Assembly: GCA_044229845.1 (NCBI GenBank)
Contig: JBGASG010000008.1
Location: 128,001-192,000 of the forward strand
Reading direction: 5' to 3'
Length of the DNA: 64,000 bases
Source: Candidatus Obscuribacteraceae bacterium
GTDB taxonomy: Bacteria > Cyanobacteriota > Vampirovibrionia > Obscuribacterales > Obscuribacteraceae
The position numbers and the translations under genes were made by a program. The notes under the pieces were generated by a model. The model was not told the DNA's origin, did not search any database, and was given only the letters and a program-made list of their open reading frames with translations. How positions within the stretch are numbered: the stretch's first letter is position 1; each line of letters starts with the position of its first letter. Of this stretch, positions 59,293-64,000 are shown piece by piece.

Positions 59293-59949
59293 TCAGCCCA
59301 TGGATTTCAGGGTCTTGAGCTTTTGCAGTGTTTTGCGTGCAAAATTTGCCTGAACAATATGTGGTCCAGCCAACCTTTCTAAGGTCTGATTGGCTCGGGC
59401 GCATACATAAGGATTCTCGTCGTTGAGCAACAGTCGCAAAAACGCCTCGGGCGTCTGGCTGTTGTGTGCCATGGCATAACGCACGTCGGAGCTCTCGTCC
59501 CGACAGAGCTTCGCCAGAGTTTCTTCCTTAGTAGATGGATTTTCCGCCACCGCCGCCCGCACTTCCGGACTTCCATGGTCAGCCAGGGCATCGAGGGTGA
59601 TGCGGTGGGCGCTCGAGTTTTCGGCAACGCGGCGCGCCACCTCCAAATCGCTCAGCTTGCTCAGATAGTTGAGCACCGCCTGTGGTGTCTTCGGATTACC
59701 GGCGATGATGTAACGCGTGTCCGCCGAATCCGCCTGTTCAATGAGAACGCGCAATTCAGCCCAGGTTGTACAAACATAGTCTTGCGGCTCGGAGGCATAG
59801 CGCTCCCGCACCACAAGCGTCAGCGCTTCCCGCATGTAATCCGGGTAGCCCCACGTGAAACATATAGAATATGAAAGTGCGAACGCATCTTCCGGCAAAA
59901 CTTTGGAGTCGCCGCCCTCAGGGTCACGCTGTCGATTTTTAGCGGTCAT
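59293..59949 (-). CDS. LRV/HEAT-like repeat protein (paralog 3)
   Basis: IAGNPKTP, VAENSSA, VRAAVAENPST, VRYAMAHN, DENPYVCARANQTL. ATG at 59949 preferred as start. Confidence 0.85.
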   Translation of the reverse strand: MTAKNRQRDPEGGDSKVLPEDAFALSYSICFTWGYPDYMREALTLVVRERYASEPQDYVCTTWAELRVLIEQADSADTRYIIAGNPKTPQAVLNYLSKLSDLEVARRVAENSSAHRITLDALADHGSPEVRAAVAENPSTKEETLAKLCRDESSDVRYAMAHNSQTPEAFLRLLLNDENPYVCARANQTLERLAGPHIVQANFARKTLQKLKTLKSMG

Positions 59950-60221
59950 TTCCAAACGGCTGGCGCCGATGCGAGGGGAGACGAGCGGGCAACGCACATA
60001 ATCTGTTGTCAATATGCCCGTAACATTTCCGAGCACGGCTGGGGCAAGCTTGATCAAAATAGGGAAAAACCCCTAATAAGCTGGTGATTTTGCTTAATAA
60101 AGTTCGCGAAAAGACAAATCGCGGGCTTTGACGGTTCCGCTCGTGCGGTTTGGTGGCATACTCCAAATGGGGGACTCTAAATTGCCGAGCCCCTCACCCG
60201 TAGGAGACCTTTTCCGCCCGC

Positions 60222-62420
60222 ATGGATAGCCAAGATCAAGAATTAGATCAACTAAGGCAGCGCGTCAGCATGCTCGAAAAGATGCTCGCGGCCCAGCAGC
60301 GCGCGGTCGTTGAGCAAACCAGCGAGCACGAGTTGACGCTCGCCGAACTCAAGTCTCTCGCTCTCAAACTGGCTCAGGCACGCGACCAAGCTCTGGAAGC
60401 ATCGCGCATGAAGTCCGAGTTTCTGGCTAACATGTCGCACGAAATTCGTACGCCGCTCAACGGCGTTATCGGTATGAGCGACCTCTTGTTGCGTACGCAA
60501 CTCAACCCGGAACAGCGTGAACACGCCAACATCATTCACGACTCCGCCAAAATTTTGCTCGACATCATCAACGACATCTTGGACTTCTCCAAGATCGAGG
60601 CCGGCAAGGTCGATCTGGAAATTCTCGACTTCGAGCCGATTCAGATCATCGAAGCCACCGCCGAACTTCTGGCAGACAAAGCGCGTCAGAAGAAACTCAA
60701 CCTGATGACCTACATCTCGCCCAAGGTGCCTCGACTCCTGCGCGGCGACCCCGGTCATATCCGGCAAATCCTTCTCAACCTGGCCAGCAACGCGGTGAAG
60801 TTTACCGACTCCGGTGAAGTTGTGATTCGCGTCATGCCTGAGGAGATCAACGAAACCTCGGTGAAACTGCGGTTTTCCGTCCGCGATACCGGCATCGGCA
60901 TTCCCAAACCGACATTACTCAAGCTGTTCAGTCCGTTCACCCAAGCCGATGGTTCGATCACCCGCAGATATGGTGGCACCGGCTTGGGACTCTCCATCTG
61001 CAAAGGCCTTGTCGAACTGATGAACGGCGAAATCAACGCCGACAGCGTCAAGGGCGGTGGTTCCACATTCTGGTTCACCGTCACCATGGAACGCAGCAGT
61101 CTCGCCGACGAACGCCCATCCGCCGATGCCGACCTGCTCGGCAAGCGCGCCGTCATCGTCAACGCGCCGCCGACGGTCGCCGAGATTATCTATTCTTATT
61201 GCGCCGAATGGGGCGTCGAATGCGTCATCGAACAAAACGTCGGCGAAGCGGTCGAGCTGATGCGGCAAGAAACCTTCGGTGAGCGCCCGTTCGACGTCGT
61301 GCTTTTTGATGTCCCGACTGTGGAACCGGAATTTTTGCGCCTCTCCGATTACATAAAACAAGACATGCTTCTCTATCACACGAAGATGGTCTTGATCTCG
61401 CCGACGTCAATTAAGGGTCCCGCCGATCAGGCTGAACTCGGTTTCGCCGGCTATTTGTCCAAGCCTTTGAAGCATCAGCAATTGCATGATGTGCTGATGA
61501 ACGTCTTGAGCGGCGCCGCCATGCGCAAGCTCGATCTGACTTTGACTCAACCCATCCCGAAACCGTCGGAACAGGAAGAGTTGATTCTGGTTGCCGAAGA
61601 CAACCCGGTCAACCAGAAAGTCGCACTCTTGCAACTGAAAAATATGGGCTTCGCCGCGCATGCGGTCGGCAACGGATTGGAGGCTGTGGACGCGGTAGCC
61701 AGTGGTTCGTACACGCTGGTGCTCATGGACTGCCAGATGCCTGAGATGGACGGCTTCCAGGCGACGGTAGCTATCCGTAAAGCAGAAACTCTCACCGGTC
61801 TGCGCATTCCGATTATCGCCATGACCGCCAATGCCATGGAAGGCGACCGCGAAAAATGTATCGCCGCCGGCATGGACGACTACATATCCAAACCAGTAGA
61901 TCCGAAGAAACTGCAGGACGTGCTCAGCCGCTGGGTTTCTTCCGACGGCATGCCGCGTCTTTTGACGCCGGAGACCGGCAACACGCCTCAACTTGGTTAT
62001 CCGGTCGCCGACCTCGATGAAGACCAGCCGGTCGAACCCATCTCGGAAGACCCGGTCAACATTCCGCTTTTGCAAAAAACGTGCGGCACCGAAGTGGCCC
62101 GCGAGATCTTAGAAGTCTTTTTGAATACGGCAGAAACTCTGCTCGACGGCATCGAGGGCGCGCGCCAAAAACGCGACGCCCGCGCGCTGGAATCACTGGC
62201 GCACCAGTTGCGCGGCAGCGCCGCCGCCATTGGTGCCACCGAACTGGTTCGCCTCTCGGTGCGCATGGAAGACGCCGCCACCCAGGATAACTGGGTGCAA
62301 GCCCGCATCATCTATGAAGCGTTGAAGTGGTCGTTCCGCCGCCTCAACAGATTCGTCAGTTTCAGCCTCGAACATTCCTTCCCGAAAAATCCGGACGCTT
62401 CGCACCCGCAACCGCACTGA
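60222..62420 (+). CDS. Soluble hybrid histidine kinase: coiled coil-HisKA-HATPase-2xREC-HPt
   Basis: [36 protein letters not shown] domains VLFD and LMDCQMP; HPt LAHQLRG. Confidence 0.95.
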   Translation: MDSQDQELDQLRQRVSMLEKMLAAQQRAVVEQTSEHELTLAELKSLALKLAQARDQALEASRMKSEFLANMSHEIRTPLNGVIGMSDLLLRTQLNPEQREHANIIHDSAKILLDIINDILDFSKIEAGKVDLEILDFEPIQIIEATAELLADKARQKKLNLMTYISPKVPRLLRGDPGHIRQILLNLASNAVKFTDSGEVVIRVMPEEINETSVKLRFSVRDTGIGIPKPTLLKLFSPFTQADGSITRRYGGTGLGLSICKGLVELMNGEINADSVKGGGSTFWFTVTMERSSLADERPSADADLLGKRAVIVNAPPTVAEIIYSYCAEWGVECVIEQNVGEAVELMRQETFGERPFDVVLFDVPTVEPEFLRLSDYIKQDMLLYHTKMVLISPTSIKGPADQAELGFAGYLSKPLKHQQLHDVLMNVLSGAAMRKLDLTLTQPIPKPSEQEELILVAEDNPVNQKVALLQLKNMGFAAHAVGNGLEAVDAVASGSYTLVLMDCQMPEMDGFQATVAIRKAETLTGLRIPIIAMTANAMEGDREKCIAAGMDDYISKPVDPKKLQDVLSRWVSSDGMPRLLTPETGNTPQLGYPVADLDEDQPVEPISEDPVNIPLLQKTCGTEVAREILEVFLNTAETLLDGIEGARQKRDARALESLAHQLRGSAAAIGATELVRLSVRMEDAATQDNWVQARIIYEALKWSFRRLNRFVSFSLEHSFPKNPDASHPQPH

Positions 62421-62683
62421 AGCTCAGCAGGCCGTTATAGTCACGCAGCGCCGACAAGCTCATGCATAACGAGGTTGTGCGCGTATCCCTCTCCTGCAGG
62501 CGCTTTCGGGGATCGAAGGCGGGGACTGTCATAGGTTTTAGACAATGGTCTGAGCCTTCCGGGGCGCCCGTGTAAAGCGATTTCCAATGGACCTGTTGGA
62601 TTTTACGTTGCTAGATTGTCATCAAACGGGGTGTCGCTTGCGCGTCACCCCTGACACACCAATTTTGGGGGCGAAAGGGCGTA

Positions 62684-63331
62684 ATGAGTGACACGGACGT
62701 GCACGACATCAGCAGCATTCGTTTCTCGCTGGAAAAGGAAGACATGGCTTTTATCATGGGCTTCCACTGGCAAACTTCGAATCACCTGAAAGAAGCTGTC
62801 CATATTTTGTTGCGCTCGAACCTCAGCCGTGAGGGATGCGGCGGCAGCAACGAGCCGAGAGTGCTCGAAGAAGCCGAATTCCGCAAAATCAAACTGCTGA
62901 TCGCCAGCAACCCATATACACCGTCCTCGGTGCTCGTCTACCTGGCGCGCGACCCCGATCCCACGATCGTCCAGCGCGTTGCAGAGAATCCCCGCACACC
63001 GGGCTTTTGTCTGCATTTCCTGGGCTGGCATCCGGACGCCGAAGTGCGGCTCGCGGTGGCTGAAAATACGTCCACCTGGAATGAGACCTTGCAGGGTCTG
63101 ATCATCGACGCGAATCCTGATGTGCGCTTTAGAATTGCCGAGAATCCTTCCACACCGAATGCGGTGCTCGAACAGCTCCGGCAAGACTCGAATCCCTACG
63201 TCAGTCATCGTGCCTCCGAAACCCTGAGTGCTCCCAGTGCTCTCCAAGAAAACGCCGCACAGGTACTCACTCTCGACTTCGCTCCGGCGCAAAAACAGCG
63301 CAAACGGAAAGCGGTCGCGGGCAGAGCCTAG
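62684..63331 (+). CDS. LRV/HEAT-like repeat protein (paralog 4)
   Basis: IASNPYTP, VAENPRTP, VRLAVAEN, VRFRIAENPSTP, DSNPYVSHRASETL. Confidence 0.85.
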   Translation: MSDTDVHDISSIRFSLEKEDMAFIMGFHWQTSNHLKEAVHILLRSNLSREGCGGSNEPRVLEEAEFRKIKLLIASNPYTPSSVLVYLARDPDPTIVQRVAENPRTPGFCLHFLGWHPDAEVRLAVAENTSTWNETLQGLIIDANPDVRFRIAENPSTPNAVLEQLRQDSNPYVSHRASETLSAPSALQENAAQVLTLDFAPAQKQRKRKAVAGRA

Positions 63332-63454
63332 TGGTCAACGTCGCCGCATAGCCGGTTAGACCGGCTTTGTTCTCGCGGCGGCGTGTTTCTCAGGAGTCCT
63401 GATAGGGAACGATGGAGAAGAGTGCGCACGAAATAACACGGATGGGCGGCAGCA

Positions 63455-64000
63455 ATGCTTGACGGGGCCACAGCGGTCATCTTCTGGGTGTTGGCTGGGG
63501 TGCTGGTCCTCATCAACGTGACTATTTTGACGACTTTGCTCGCGCCCTCGCTGATGCGGAAAAAACGTAGCCGGTCAGCCTACGACGACAGCTACCCGAT
63601 GAACCTGTACGACAAGGTCGTCTTCCTCGAAAGCACCGTCAAACAACTGACTGCCGATCGCGGCAGACAAGTTCAGGATCTCAAAGACACACTCGATCAC
63701 CGCCTGCAGCAGCTCAATGCCGTCAACAACGAGATGCGCTGGCTGGCTTACGAACTCAAACAGGCGCGCGAGCAGGCAACCAATGCCACGCGCGCCAAGT
63801 CCGAGTTTCTCGCCAACATGTCGCATGAGATCAGGACGCCTCTCAATGGATTGATCGCCTCCGCCGAACTTTTGAAGATGACGAAACTGGACGAGCAGCA
63901 ACGCGATTTCGTCCAGATGGCGCAAGACTCAGGCGCCGCGTTACTCGAAATCGTCAACGACATCTTCGACTTCTCGAAGCTGGAAGCCGGTAATCTGGAC
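63455..64000 (+). CDS. Histidine kinase with a single N-terminal TM (3' end outside window)
   Basis: Read by hand: [29 protein letters not shown]...[20 protein letters not shown]...[12 protein letters not shown]. In-frame TAA at 63434 bounds the start. Confidence 0.9.
   Translation, partial: MLDGATAVIFWVLAGVLVLINVTILTTLLAPSLMRKKRSRSAYDDSYPMNLYDKVVFLESTVKQLTADRGRQVQDLKDTLDHRLQQLNAVNNEMRWLAYELKQAREQATNATRAKSEFLANMSHEIRTPLNGLIASAELLKMTKLDEQQRDFVQMAQDSGAALLEIVNDIFDFSKLEAGNLD

Overview
GC-rich bacterial chromosomal window. Cyanobacteria-like signatures in HPF/LrtA and Mfd, with no photosynthesis genes in view, suggest a non-photosynthetic Cyanobacteriota relative (Vampirovibrionia/Melainabacteria); this is inference only. 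The left half (1-32 kb) holds housekeeping and envelope genes: mfd, mnmA, an amidase, a Spy/CpxP-like protein, thpR, a fadJ-like gene, nadE, hpf, a giant TPR protein, an SGNH hydrolase, rsgA, typA, an AsmA-like protein and an MFS transporter. Several palindromic repeat arrays lie in its intergenic regions. The right half (32-64 kb) looks like a stress and signalling island. It contains DoxX, a glycoside hydrolase/GT4/HAD-phosphatase operon, an intact IS256, a poly-HAMP hybrid kinase with an appended HPt, two kinases lacking recognisable sensor domains, a group-2-like sigma factor, a secreted caspase-like protein and a propeller-zincin protein. The best candidate for an undescribed system combines four elements: four paralogous short LRV/HEAT-repeat proteins (three share an unrecognised N-terminal aromatic-Trp motif), a stand-alone HPt whose phospho-accepting His is replaced by Gln, a CEGGVC micro-protein, and a shared ECF-type promoter motif (RRAAC-N16-CGTY). 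No rRNA, tRNA or CRISPR array was recognised. All calls come from reading motifs by eye; no searches were run.
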